DNA of 64,000 nucleotides from Alphaproteobacteria bacterium. GTDB taxonomy: Bacteria; Pseudomonadota; Alphaproteobacteria; GCA-2746255. Positions 48,998 through 58,786 of this stretch are shown in pieces. The notes beneath the pieces were generated by a model. That model saw only the letters and a program-made list of their open reading frames with translations, was not told the origin of the DNA and made no database searches. The number at the start of each line of letters is the position of its first letter. The stretch's first letter is position 1. Location: the NCBI GenBank assembly GCA_965249135.1, contig OZ252220.1, positions 1,760,001-1,824,000 on the forward strand. Reading direction: 5' to 3'. Both the position numbers and the translations under genes were made by a program.

Positions 48998-50373
48998 TGC
49001 CATCGATGGATAAGGGCTCGATACCCGCGGCCGAGACGCGAAGTTACGTCATCGAGGGGAAAAGTGACCTCGAGGCGGGGCGGATCGCATTCGGCATTGC
49101 CAATATGGCCGGTAACAAGGCCTATCGGTATGCGACGGAACGTGCCGGTGGCGATGCGGATGGTGCGATTCTTCGCCGATTCCAGGGTCGTTTTCGTTGG
49201 TATCGCGAAAGCTGGCGCGGTCTGCCCGCGCAGGCCGTGGCGGAAAAGCGGTGGGGTCAGAAATTTGAGGCGCTTGGCTACCCACCGCTCTGCGTTGACG
49301 TGGAAAGTGCGGCGGTGTGTGATTTAGCCTGCCCATTTTGTTTCCGGCAGTGGATCGCGACGCCGGACAAGATCATCGATTTTGAGTTGTTCCGCCGTAT
49401 CGTTGATCAATGCGCCACGCTGGGCGTGCCGTCGATGAAGCTCAATTGGCGTGGCGAGCCACTGCTTCATCCACAATTGCCAGAGATGATCGATCTTGCC
49501 AAGCGTGCCGGTATCCTCGAGGTGATCATCAATACCAATGCGACGACGCTTGACGAAGAGAAGTCGCGTGCGCTGATCGATGCCGGCCTCGACATGATAA
49601 TCTATTCCTTCGACGGCGGCAGTAAGGAAACCTATGAACGGATGCGACCGGGGCGGTTCAAGCCGAACAGCTTTGATGCCGTCTACGATAACATACGTCG
49701 GTTCGCAGACATCCGGTCGCAGATGGGCGCCGTCTTTCCCCGTACGCGCATTCAGATGGTCTTGACCGAGGATACCTTTCCCGAGAGGGACGCCTTCTTC
49801 CATTTGTTCGAGGACTGCGTCGACGATGCGTCGGTCAAGGCTTACACTGAGCGCGGCGGCAAGATCAGCGAGCTCGATGCCGAAACCCGGGAACGCCTGT
49901 CTGACGAAATTGCGCGCCTTAAGCTTCCTGACGATACGCCAGTGTGGCGCGATCTCAGTGGCACTCTCCATGTGTCGACGGGCCGTCTGCCCTGCGAGCA
50001 GCCGTTTCAGCGGCTGCTAGTCACCTACGATGGCCGTGTCAGCATGTGTTGTTATGACTGGGGCAGCCAGTATCCGGTCGGCTATGTTGATACCCAGGCG
50101 ATCGAAACCGGCGAGCGGGAATACGAGGAAATTTTCGAGAAAGTCGCCGCAGGCGCAAAAGGGTTCGAGTTGATGACCGGCGCCGTAATGCCGGAGAAGA
50201 TGAACGAGCCTGAGCCGGTCGTCCGGACGTTGCAGGAGATCTGGCACGGCGCCGATATCACGCATGTGCGTCGAAAGCATGTTTGCGGCGAAGGCGAGAC
50301 GGTGAGCGCGTGCCGCCGCTGCACCTTCCGCGAAACCTATGCCTGGCAGGCGATCGGTGACGGAACGTCTTGA
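48997..50373 (+). CDS. Radical SAM/SPASM(twitch) protein
   Basis: CDLACPFC, GEPLLH, NTN, SFDG, and C-terminal PC.QP...CC.D...CRRC. Confidence 0.9.
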   Translation: MPSMDKGSIPAAETRSYVIEGKSDLEAGRIAFGIANMAGNKAYRYATERAGGDADGAILRRFQGRFRWYRESWRGLPAQAVAEKRWGQKFEALGYPPLCVDVESAAVCDLACPFCFRQWIATPDKIIDFELFRRIVDQCATLGVPSMKLNWRGEPLLHPQLPEMIDLAKRAGILEVIINTNATTLDEEKSRALIDAGLDMIIYSFDGGSKETYERMRPGRFKPNSFDAVYDNIRRFADIRSQMGAVFPRTRIQMVLTEDTFPERDAFFHLFEDCVDDASVKAYTERGGKISELDAETRERLSDEIARLKLPDDTPVWRDLSGTLHVSTGRLPCEQPFQRLLVTYDGRVSMCCYDWGSQYPVGYVDTQAIETGEREYEEIFEKVAAGAKGFELMTGAVMPEKMNEPEPVVRTLQEIWHGADITHVRRKHVCGEGETVSACRRCTFRETYAWQAIGDGTS

Positions 50374-51244
50374 TGGGCTGTCGTGGCGTCGAGCTGCGTG
50401 TAGATGGCGTATGTCTGGAATAGCAGCGGCATTCAAGCGCCATCCGGGGCTTACGCTTGCGCTGGTTGCCCATACACTCGGCCGCAACCTCCGCCTGAAA
50501 CTGTTCGAGCGGGCGCTCCGTTCGAAAGTCTGGCGCGACTCTGTCCGCTCGGTGCGGCGGGAAGGCTACGCCATCGTCCCGGGCTACCTGACAGGTGAAG
50601 AGATCGCGTTCCTGCAAGACGTGTGTGACAGGTCGGCAGAGGGAATCGATGGCCTGAACGGCGATCCGTATCTCATCGCTATGGCGCCGGGATCGCTGCG
50701 GTTGCGCCATATGGAAAGCCGCCATCCGGAGATGGATTATTTCCGGCGGCACATTAAGATCGCCATACTGTCGGCCTGTCTGCACGGCCGGCTGCATTGG
50801 CCGTCGGTGCAGTACTCGGCGACCTATGATGGCCGGAGCAATCCGAGTTTTGTTTCGGGGCGGGCCGAGGTGCCTTTCGGTGGGGCCTGTCATCTGGATC
50901 AGTGGCACCATCAGTTAAAAGCGATCTTCCTGCTGGATGACATGAGCCAGGAGAACGGACCCCTGATGCTCTACCCGGGGACATGGCGGCCCCAATGGTC
51001 CGGGATCGACGTCTACCGGCTCAAGAAGTGGAACAAGCTGCATGACGGTTCACCACCAGCCGATCTGTCGCACCTCCGCGACGATAATTTCCCCCCGGAA
51101 GTCTGCGCGACGGTGGAACAACGGGGCGCGCCGTTTCCGATGACGGGAAAAGCAGGCGACCTTGTCCTGCTCGACACGCGAACGCTGCATTTTGCAAGAA
51201 AAATCGAGACGGGGCGGCGGCGGTTGCTATGGTTTTATTTCTGA
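50339..51244 (+). CDS. PhyH-like Fe(II)/2OG dioxygenase
   Basis: EGY..VPG, HLD, ENGPL...PGT, KAGD.VL.D...LH, R; true start may be 50357 or 50411. Confidence 0.8.
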   Translation: MPGRRSVTERLDGLSWRRAACRWRMSGIAAAFKRHPGLTLALVAHTLGRNLRLKLFERALRSKVWRDSVRSVRREGYAIVPGYLTGEEIAFLQDVCDRSAEGIDGLNGDPYLIAMAPGSLRLRHMESRHPEMDYFRRHIKIAILSACLHGRLHWPSVQYSATYDGRSNPSFVSGRAEVPFGGACHLDQWHHQLKAIFLLDDMSQENGPLMLYPGTWRPQWSGIDVYRLKKWNKLHDGSPPADLSHLRDDNFPPEVCATVEQRGAPFPMTGKAGDLVLLDTRTLHFARKIETGRRRLLWFYF

Positions 51245-51324
51245 TCGTAACCGGGGCGTGGCGGTTTCATGACTGCCGTTTCGTGGCACCGGTCTCAAAT
51301 GGTTCTGAAGAGGTCTAGTCCGGC

Positions 51325-52170
51325 GTGAAGAGTGAATTTCCGTTTTATTCTCTGAAACAGCGCGTCAGTGCCGGGGGGTACGTCACGCTGAAGGCGCGCT
51401 ATGACAGACGCCGTAAAATCCTCGACTTCGTCGCATGGGTGCGAAGCTTGCGGCGCGTGCGCGCCTTGGTTCCTGTCGATCCGCCCTTCGACCAGACGCC
51501 CGCGTTCCTCGATTATTTGGAATTGGATCAGGAGCGCGCACATCAGTTGGCAGAGGCGACCTGCACGAAGAACGACATTCGCTACTCGCGGCTTTATTCC
51601 AGCAGCCACTTCCTCGCTTTTGCGGCCCTGGCAGCGAGTGGCTTCACGCCGCGTAACATTCTGGAAATTGGAACGGGCAGCGGTCAAACAACGCGCGTTC
51701 TTGCCGATCTTTTTCCGGATGCGCACGTGCATACGGTAGAACTTCCGTTGTCCGATCCGATCTATGGCGAAAATGCGGGCCGCTTTGACCAGGATCGGCG
51801 CAATCAGTTTCTCGAACTGCCGCGCATCACGGCGCACAGTCAAAATTCAGCCTTCCTGTTCGACGCCGATCTTCCGGATTTCGATCTGATCTGGCTGGAT
51901 GGCGGCCATGTATTTCCGGAAGTCGCGTGGGACCACTTCTATTGCCTTTCGAAGTTGCAGCCCGGCGGTTGGATTTTCACCGATGACATTCGCTTCCCCG
52001 ACAATCCGCTGTACAAGGTCTACGAAGGGAGTACCGATGCGTATGAAACGCTTGCCTATTACGCCAGGCGCACGGCGCATCGCTTCTTTTTACTGATAAA
52101 GCGTACCGATCTGCATCGCAACCTGTTTGATCCGAAATACGTCGGTGCGATCCACAAGGCTGCCACCTAG
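51325..52170 (+). CDS. Class I SAM-dependent methyltransferase
   Basis: ILEIGTGSG, FDLIWLDGGH, L.PGG...TDD. Confidence 0.82.
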   Translation: MKSEFPFYSLKQRVSAGGYVTLKARYDRRRKILDFVAWVRSLRRVRALVPVDPPFDQTPAFLDYLELDQERAHQLAEATCTKNDIRYSRLYSSSHFLAFAALAASGFTPRNILEIGTGSGQTTRVLADLFPDAHVHTVELPLSDPIYGENAGRFDQDRRNQFLELPRITAHSQNSAFLFDADLPDFDLIWLDGGHVFPEVAWDHFYCLSKLQPGGWIFTDDIRFPDNPLYKVYEGSTDAYETLAYYARRTAHRFFLLIKRTDLHRNLFDPKYVGAIHKAAT

Positions 52171-52220
52171 GGGTCATTTCCGGGCCTTGCTGAAGTGCGC
52201 CCGCCGCCGGTCCACGCATC

Positions 52221-53766
52221 ATGCTGTTTAATTCGTATCCGTTCCTGATCGTCTTCTTACCCGTCGTCCTCATGGCAACGTATTTTGCCGGACGCAGCCG
52301 TGGCCGAGAGACACTGGTCGATGTGGGGGTCCTAGCGTCCCTGGTTTTCTACGCTTGGTGGGATGTTCGCTTGCTGCCGCTGCTAGTCGGCTCGATAGTC
52401 GCGAATTACTGGTTCGCCAGCGCTTTCTCCCGAAGCGACAGTCCTTGGCTGTTTCGAATCGGGATTGCTACCAACCTTGCGGTTCTTTTCCTGTTCAAAT
52501 ACGCGGTCTTTTTCTCCGATGAGGTCATCGGCCGGCCAGGCTTCTTTTTCGGACTGGAAACAATCGTGCTGCCGCTCGCCATCTCCTTCTTCACCTTCCA
52601 GCAGATCGCATTTCTGTGCGACGTCCGTGCGGGAACGGTACGCGTTCCGAACTTCCGCGACTACGCGCTCTTCGTCTCCTTCTTTCTTTCCGCAACTGAT
52701 CGCCGGCCCAATCGTGCGCCTGAACGAATTCCTTCCCCAGCTCGACCTTCGGCGATTCAGAATCAATGCGAACAATCTTGCTGTCGGGCTGGCCATATTT
52801 TCGATCGGGCTTTGCAAGAAAACGCTTTTGGCGGACCATTTCGCGATCGTGGCAAACGACGTGTTTGACGCTGTGGAGCGTGGTGAGGTGGTGTCGGTGA
52901 TCGCCGCATGGGGCGGTACGTTGGCATTTTCCCTGCAGATCTATTTCGATTTCTCCGGTTATTCGGACATGGCAATAGGGTTGGGCCGAATGTTCGGCAT
53001 CCGGCTACCGGAAAATTTCCGCTCGCCCTACAAGGCGGCAAGCTTCATCGAGTTCTGGCGACGCTGGCACATTACCTTGTCACGTTTCTTTCGCGACTAT
53101 CTTTACAAGCCGCTGGGCGGCAATCGCAGCGGCCTTACCCGGCAATGCATCAATCTGATGACCGTGATGGTGTTGGGCGGCCTCTGGCATGGGGCCGGAT
53201 GGACCTTCATGATCTGGGGAGCCATCCACGGCGTCGGCCTGACCCTCAACCACATTTTGAACTGGCTACGGCGCAGCTTCGGTATGAACAGGCCCATGCA
53301 ACACATTGCATGGGTCGCCTGCGGCTGGATCGCCGTACAGACATTCGTCTTAATCGCGTGGGTGTTCTTTCGGGCGCAAAGCTTCGATGGCGCAACGAAC
53401 CTACTCGCCGCAATGTTTAGTTTGAACAATGCGTTGCTAATTCCGAGCGAGCTGCTGGTTTTTCCAGGCTTTGCGGCCGCGCTCGGTACCGCTGCGGTGC
53501 CGATGGCGGAGATTCCACATTTCCACGGATGGGTCGAGCTGGCGTTGTTGGCTGCCGGGCTCCTCATCGTCTTTGGTCTGCCGAACACCGCTCAGATCAT
53601 GCAGCGTTATAATTCCGTTATCTTGGTCAAACACCTGCCCCACCTCGTGCGGGCACGCTTCAGCTGGCGGCCGTCTCCGCTCTGGGCGATGGCCACCGCC
53701 TCGCTGTTCGTCGTTGGCCTCCTCGGAATGTCACGCGTCAATGAGTTTATCTATTTCCAGTTCTAA
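52221..53766 (+). pseudogene. AlgI/PatA-like MBOAT O-acyltransferase, frameshifted by a 4-bp duplication near 52683-52690
   Basis: One frame gives MLFNS...LPLAISFFTFQQ...FVSFF; another continues FFPQLIAGPI...YFDFSGYSDMA...FWRRWHITLS...GLWHGA...FIYFQF; junction TCCTTCTTTCTTTCCGCAA. Confidence 0.88.
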
Positions 53767-54787
53767 AGCTTCCAGTTCTAATTCCAGTTCTAAAGCTTCC
53801 AGTTCTAAAGCGCGCGCCTTCGGGCGATGGACCAGTGTCCGATTTTTGGCGCTCTGGTTGGCCGGCGTGGCCGCCTCGCTATTGGCGATAGGCACGTTTA
53901 ATGCATGGGTTGATCCGCTTGGGCGGCTCGGTCACAACACTTTGGGCATCTATCATTCGGCGGAGTTCGAATACAAGGTAGCGCAGCTGCCGACTGCGGT
54001 ATTTGACGGTATTCTCATCGGATCCAGCAAGATCGCGAACATAGATCCCGAATGGATTCCTCAGGCAAGGCTGTTCAATGCCGCCTTTAGTGGCGCGCTT
54101 CCCGAGGAGATACTCCTATTCCTGCGTGCGAACGTGGTGCATCTAAGGGAAAAATTCGTCGTGATTGGCCTCGACTTCTTCATGTTCAATAAAAGAACCA
54201 AGTCGATACGGGGAGATACTCTTATCTCTCCATCGGCGACGGGTGTCCTTACCTACCTTCTTTCCATGCGCAGCACCTACTTTTCGCTACAGACTTTGCT
54301 GAAACATGAGCGAGGCGAGAGGGCGCGGATAAAGGTGAATGGTGCCCGGTACATTGATGATCTAATCGAGGAAGATCAGGCTCTGACAGCACCCGATTAC
54401 GGAAATAAAATAAAAGACATCCTACGTTCCCTTTATGATCGGTACGATTTCTCGTACCGCCGGGTCGGCCTGATGCGGGAGTTGCGGCAGCTCATGGAAG
54501 GCCACGGGATAGCCTACGCGGTGATGCTGAACCCGCAGAACGACTCATTGATAGCCGCCGTTCGCCGTGCCGGTCTAGGCGATGCATTCGACACCTACCG
54601 ACGCGAACTAAAGTCAGCCTTTCCCGACCTTGTCGATCTTTCCCAGAACGAATTGAGCGCGCCCGAGCATTTCTTCTATCAGTCCGCGTTCTATTTCCGG
54701 CCGGCGGTCATGCGCAATATGGTGAGCCGGGCGCTGCAGGCGATGGGTGATCGCCGTCAAGGGCGTGCGGTGGAAGAGGGAAGGTAA
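53741..54787 (+). CDS. MBOAT partner protein (SGNH/DltD/AlgJ-like, membrane anchored)
   Basis: ATG 53741 overlaps the MBOAT 3' end; TM helix, N..VDP.G, IGSS, GLDF.MF. Confidence 0.65.
   Translation: MSLSISSSKASSSNSSSKASSSKARAFGRWTSVRFLALWLAGVAASLLAIGTFNAWVDPLGRLGHNTLGIYHSAEFEYKVAQLPTAVFDGILIGSSKIANIDPEWIPQARLFNAAFSGALPEEILLFLRANVVHLREKFVVIGLDFFMFNKRTKSIRGDTLISPSATGVLTYLLSMRSTYFSLQTLLKHERGERARIKVNGARYIDDLIEEDQALTAPDYGNKIKDILRSLYDRYDFSYRRVGLMRELRQLMEGHGIAYAVMLNPQNDSLIAAVRRAGLGDAFDTYRRELKSAFPDLVDLSQNELSAPEHFFYQSAFYFRPAVMRNMVSRALQAMGDRRQGRAVEEGR
53755..53811 (+). repeat. Tandem repeat TTCCAGTTCTAA(AGC) x4
   Basis: Units 53755-53769, 53770-53781 (lacks AGC), 53782-53796, 53797-53811. Confidence 0.95.
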
Positions 54788-54790
54788 CAG

Positions 54791-56575
54791 GTGCAATCTC
54801 CACGCAAGTACGAGATCATCGCCGAGATCGCTAACGCGCATCAGGGCGATCCGGAAACGGCCGCGAAGATGACTGCGGCTTTTGCAGAGGCCGGGGCGGA
54901 TGCGGTGAAATTCCAAATTTATTTTGCCGACGAACTGTTGACCCCAGACCATTCCCGATATGACCATTTCAAGCGCCAGTCGTTCTCGTCAGAAATTTGG
55001 GCCGATCTCCTGCCGCGCGCCAGGGCCTGCAATGTCCGGGTCTATTGCGATGTGTTCGGGATCGAGGCGCTCGCGGTCGCGGCCCGGCACGGCGCCGATG
55101 GCTTCAAGCTGCATGCGTCCGATCTTTCGAATGATCCACTGCTCGACGCGGTCGCCGACACGCCTGGCCGTGTGTTTCTGTCCACGGGCGGCGCGACCAT
55201 TCGTGAAATTGTCCGTTCCGTCGAACGGATGCTGGCTGCCGGGAAGCGCCCTGTCCTGCTGCACGGCTTCCAGGCCTATCCCACGCGTATCGAAGACTCA
55301 TGCCTTGGCCGCCTGGCGTGGCTGTACGAAATATTCGGCGACGATTGCGATCTTGGCTATGCCGACCACGTCGACGGTAACGATCCATTTTCCCGATCGC
55401 TGCCGCTGTTCGCCATGGGCCTTGGCGCCACGGTTATCGAAAAGCACGTGACCTTCGACCGGGCCGCCAAGAACGTAGACTATTTCTCCTCCATCGAGCC
55501 GGAGGAATTTTGCAACTTTGTGGACCATGTCCGAAAATGCGAGCTGGCGCTGGGCGATCGTCCGAGCGACATGTCGGAGGCCGAACGGGACTATCGGCAT
55601 GCAGTTAAGAAGCATTGGGTGGCGGTGCGTGACCTAAAAGTCGGCACCGTTCTGGCTGCCGGGGACCTGGTTATGAAGCGGGTGGAGGATGCGCCGGGCG
55701 ATCCATTGCCGCGTGAGCAACTCGTCGGGCGGCGTCTTAAGCAGGACGTTCCGGAAGATGCCAGGGTATCGCGCACGATGGTCGAAACGACGGTATGGGC
55801 CCTGCCGGTGGCGCGTTCCAAATCATCCAGGCTGCCCGGAAAGGCGTTGATCGGGATCGCCGGTCGGCCGGCCTTGGCGCATCTTTTCGAACGTCTCAAG
55901 CAGTGCGCGATGGTCGACCGCGTTGTCTTTTGCACGACCACGGACACGGACGACGACGCGCTTTGCGCGCTCGCCGTAGATGCCGGCATCGATGTTCATC
56001 GCGGGGCAAGCGACGACGTGTTATCCCGCATGGTCGGTGCGATGGGATCGGAACGAGTCGATGTGGTCTTGCGCGTAACCGGGGATGATATCCTGATGGA
56101 TCCGGACTATGTCGAACGTGGCGTAAAGCATCATCTTGCGTCCAATGCGGAATACACCGATCTCAAGGCATTGCCCTCAGGCACCGAAGTTGAAGTTTTC
56201 GACGGCGCGCTGCTGCGCGAACTTCTAGAGGCGGCGCGGGATAGCTCCGGCACCGAATACCTGACCAACTACATCACCGAGAACAAATCGCATTTCCGAT
56301 GCAGTAGTCTGCCCGTGGCTAATCGCCATGCGCATGACTGGCGCCTGACCCTCGATACGCCGGAAGACCTGGATTTGATCAATGGGCTTCTTGAACATAT
56401 GGCGGCAGTCGGCAAGGCTACGACCTACCGTCTCGATGACATCGTCGACTACTTTACGCGATATCCAGAGCGCCTCGAAGTCAATGCCGGCGTCCGCCAA
56501 AGAGCCAAGCCGATTACGGTGGAGACCGCGATGCGGTGGAACCGGCGCCCAACACCTGCCGGCGCAGACGAATGA
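54791..56575 (+). CDS. NeuB-family synthase no. 2 + SAF + SpsF-like cytidylyltransferase fusion
   Basis: IAEIANAHQG, KFQ, YADH, IEKH; then ARSKSSRLPGKAL, RGASDDVLSR, RVTGD, RLTLDTPEDL. Confidence 0.9.
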   Translation: MQSPRKYEIIAEIANAHQGDPETAAKMTAAFAEAGADAVKFQIYFADELLTPDHSRYDHFKRQSFSSEIWADLLPRARACNVRVYCDVFGIEALAVAARHGADGFKLHASDLSNDPLLDAVADTPGRVFLSTGGATIREIVRSVERMLAAGKRPVLLHGFQAYPTRIEDSCLGRLAWLYEIFGDDCDLGYADHVDGNDPFSRSLPLFAMGLGATVIEKHVTFDRAAKNVDYFSSIEPEEFCNFVDHVRKCELALGDRPSDMSEAERDYRHAVKKHWVAVRDLKVGTVLAAGDLVMKRVEDAPGDPLPREQLVGRRLKQDVPEDARVSRTMVETTVWALPVARSKSSRLPGKALIGIAGRPALAHLFERLKQCAMVDRVVFCTTTDTDDDALCALAVDAGIDVHRGASDDVLSRMVGAMGSERVDVVLRVTGDDILMDPDYVERGVKHHLASNAEYTDLKALPSGTEVEVFDGALLRELLEAARDSSGTEYLTNYITENKSHFRCSSLPVANRHAHDWRLTLDTPEDLDLINGLLEHMAAVGKATTYRLDDIVDYFTRYPERLEVNAGVRQRAKPITVETAMRWNRRPTPAGADE

Positions 56576-56638
56576 GCACCCGGTGCAGCCAAGACCTCAG
56601 GAACCCATGACAGACCTATCAGCCCGACCGAATTTCCG

Positions 56639-58048
56639 ATGACGGAAGCCAAGCCAAAAATCACCGTCTACATAACGAACCACAACTACGAGCGGTACGT
56701 CGCACAAGCGATCGAAAGCATCCTCGCCCAGACGACCGGCGATTGGGAGCTGATCATCATCGACGACGGGTCGAGCGATGGCTCCCGCACTATTATCGAG
56801 GGGTTTCGCGATCACCCCAAGATCCGGCTGGTGTTCCAGGAACAAAAGGGACTCAACGTCACCAACAACATCGCCTACCGGCTTGCGAGGGGCGACTATC
56901 TGATGCGCTTGGATGCCGACGACTTCATTGCGCCCGAGGCACTCGCGACCATGAGCGGTGTGCTCGACCGTGAGCCGAATGTAGGGCTCGTATTTCCCGA
57001 CTACTACCATGTCGACGAGGATGGCGAGATCATCGAGCAGGTGCGCCGCCATGACTTCGAGGAAGTGGGGCTCCTGGACCAGCCAGCCCACGGCGCGTGC
57101 ACGATGATTCGCAAGTCGTGCCTCGACGTCATCGGCGGCTATGACGAAGCTTTTACCTGTCAGGACGGCGTCGATATGTGGCTGCGTTTCATCGAGCATT
57201 TCGACGTTCGCAACATCAACCTTCCGCTCTTTTATTACCGGCGGCACGGCAACAATCTGACGCAGGACGAGGGTAAGCTGCTGCGAACCCGCTCGCAGAT
57301 TTTCGCCAAACGGGCGGAGACACGAGCGCGGAACCGAACGGTGTTGGGGGTCATCCCTGTTCGCGGCCGTTCCGTGGATCCCCGATCGGTGGAAATGGAG
57401 CTGCTCGACGGCAAGCCGTTGATCGAGTGGACCATCGATGCCGCACTTGCTGCATCGAGCCTGTCCCGGATCGTGGTGACGTCGCCGGACGAGGCAGTCC
57501 TGACGCATGTCCGGCAGCGCTATCCCGACGGCAAGGTTATAACCCTTGCCCGCGCCCCTTCACTGGCCAGCCTCAACACTGGAATCGAGGAAACGGTGCG
57601 CGATGCCGTGCAGCACATGAGCAATCCAGCCCAGCCTTTCGATTACGTCGTGACCCTGATGATCGAATCGCCGTTCCGCCAGGGTTTGGAAATTGACATG
57701 GCGGTCGATGTGCTCACGGTCTTCGATCTCGACAGCGCGGTTAGCGTACGCCCGGAACTCGATATCTTTTACCAGCACCACGGCGATGGTCTGATGCCCG
57801 TTCGCCGGACGCCGCAATTGCGGCTTGAGCGGGAAGAACTTTACCGGGAGGCAGGGCAGATCTACGCCACGAGATGCGCCAAGCTGATCGACGGCAGCCG
57901 GTTGGTCGATGGTCGCGTTGGCCATTTCGTGGTCCGCGAGGCATCAGCCTTGCGCCTCACGTCGGGATGGATGTGGCAGATTGCCAAGGCGATTGCGCCT
58001 AGTGTCGCGCACGGCGACCGCCAGGAGCAAGTGGGGATACGGGGCTGA
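56639..58048 (+). CDS. GT2 glycosyltransferase + NeuA-like cytidylyltransferase fusion
   Basis: YITNHNY, IDDGSSD, LDADD, YYRRH; then [27 protein letters not shown]. Confidence 0.87.
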   Translation: MTEAKPKITVYITNHNYERYVAQAIESILAQTTGDWELIIIDDGSSDGSRTIIEGFRDHPKIRLVFQEQKGLNVTNNIAYRLARGDYLMRLDADDFIAPEALATMSGVLDREPNVGLVFPDYYHVDEDGEIIEQVRRHDFEEVGLLDQPAHGACTMIRKSCLDVIGGYDEAFTCQDGVDMWLRFIEHFDVRNINLPLFYYRRHGNNLTQDEGKLLRTRSQIFAKRAETRARNRTVLGVIPVRGRSVDPRSVEMELLDGKPLIEWTIDAALAASSLSRIVVTSPDEAVLTHVRQRYPDGKVITLARAPSLASLNTGIEETVRDAVQHMSNPAQPFDYVVTLMIESPFRQGLEIDMAVDVLTVFDLDSAVSVRPELDIFYQHHGDGLMPVRRTPQLRLEREELYREAGQIYATRCAKLIDGSRLVDGRVGHFVVREASALRLTSGWMWQIAKAIAPSVAHGDRQEQVGIRG

Positions 58049-58082
58049 TTTTCTCCAACGGATTAAAGAGGGGTTAGACACG

Positions 58083-58772
58083 ATGCTGTTCATCGCGGAA
58101 ATCGGCATGAACCATAATGGCAATTTCGGGTTGCTTTACGAATTGATACGGCGGGCGAAAGACGCCGACGCCGATATCGCCAAATTTCAACTCGGCTGGC
58201 GGTGGGAGGGGGGCGAGATCAACCAGATCACGCCGGACATCATCCGCCAGATCATCAAGATCTCAGATTACTACGGCATCGAGCCGATGTTCTCGCTGAT
58301 CACGCGCGAAGCCTTCGAGATGGCGAAGCCGTTTAACTTTAACCGCTATAAAGTTGCCTCGCGTACCGTGAAGGATGACATTGATCTGGTTCGCGACATC
58401 GTCGCCGAGGGCAGGGAAACTTTCGTCTCGCTGGGCATGTGGGAAGGCAAGGGCATGCCGTTGGAAGCAGGCGCGGACAAGGTGCGCTATCTGTTCTGCA
58501 AGTCGCTCTATCCGACCGCGCCGTGGGAGATCACCGACCTTCCAAAGGACTTCGATACCTCGCCTTACGATGGCTACAGCGACCACACCGTCGGGATTGA
58601 AACAGCCTTGCTGGCCATTGCCCGCGGCGCTCGCGTTATCGAGAAGCACTTCACGCTGGACAAGTCGGACACGACCATCCGTGACCACGCCTTGAGTGCG
58701 ACGCCCGACGAGTTTGGCCAACTCGTTTCGCTGGGGCGGGGCATCCGCCGGTGTCTGGATGTCGGCCAATAG
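58083..58772 (+). CDS. NeuB-family synthase no. 3, short, lacking the SAF domain
   Basis: [36 protein letters not shown]; 229 aa. Confidence 0.88.
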   Translation: MLFIAEIGMNHNGNFGLLYELIRRAKDADADIAKFQLGWRWEGGEINQITPDIIRQIIKISDYYGIEPMFSLITREAFEMAKPFNFNRYKVASRTVKDDIDLVRDIVAEGRETFVSLGMWEGKGMPLEAGADKVRYLFCKSLYPTAPWEITDLPKDFDTSPYDGYSDHTVGIETALLAIARGARVIEKHFTLDKSDTTIRDHALSATPDEFGQLVSLGRGIRRCLDVGQ

Positions 58773-58786
58773 GCGCGCGAAACCGG

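Noticed and set aside
53755-53811. Possible CRISPR array
   Set aside because: Units are 12-15 nt, directly adjacent with no spacers, and there are no cas genes.
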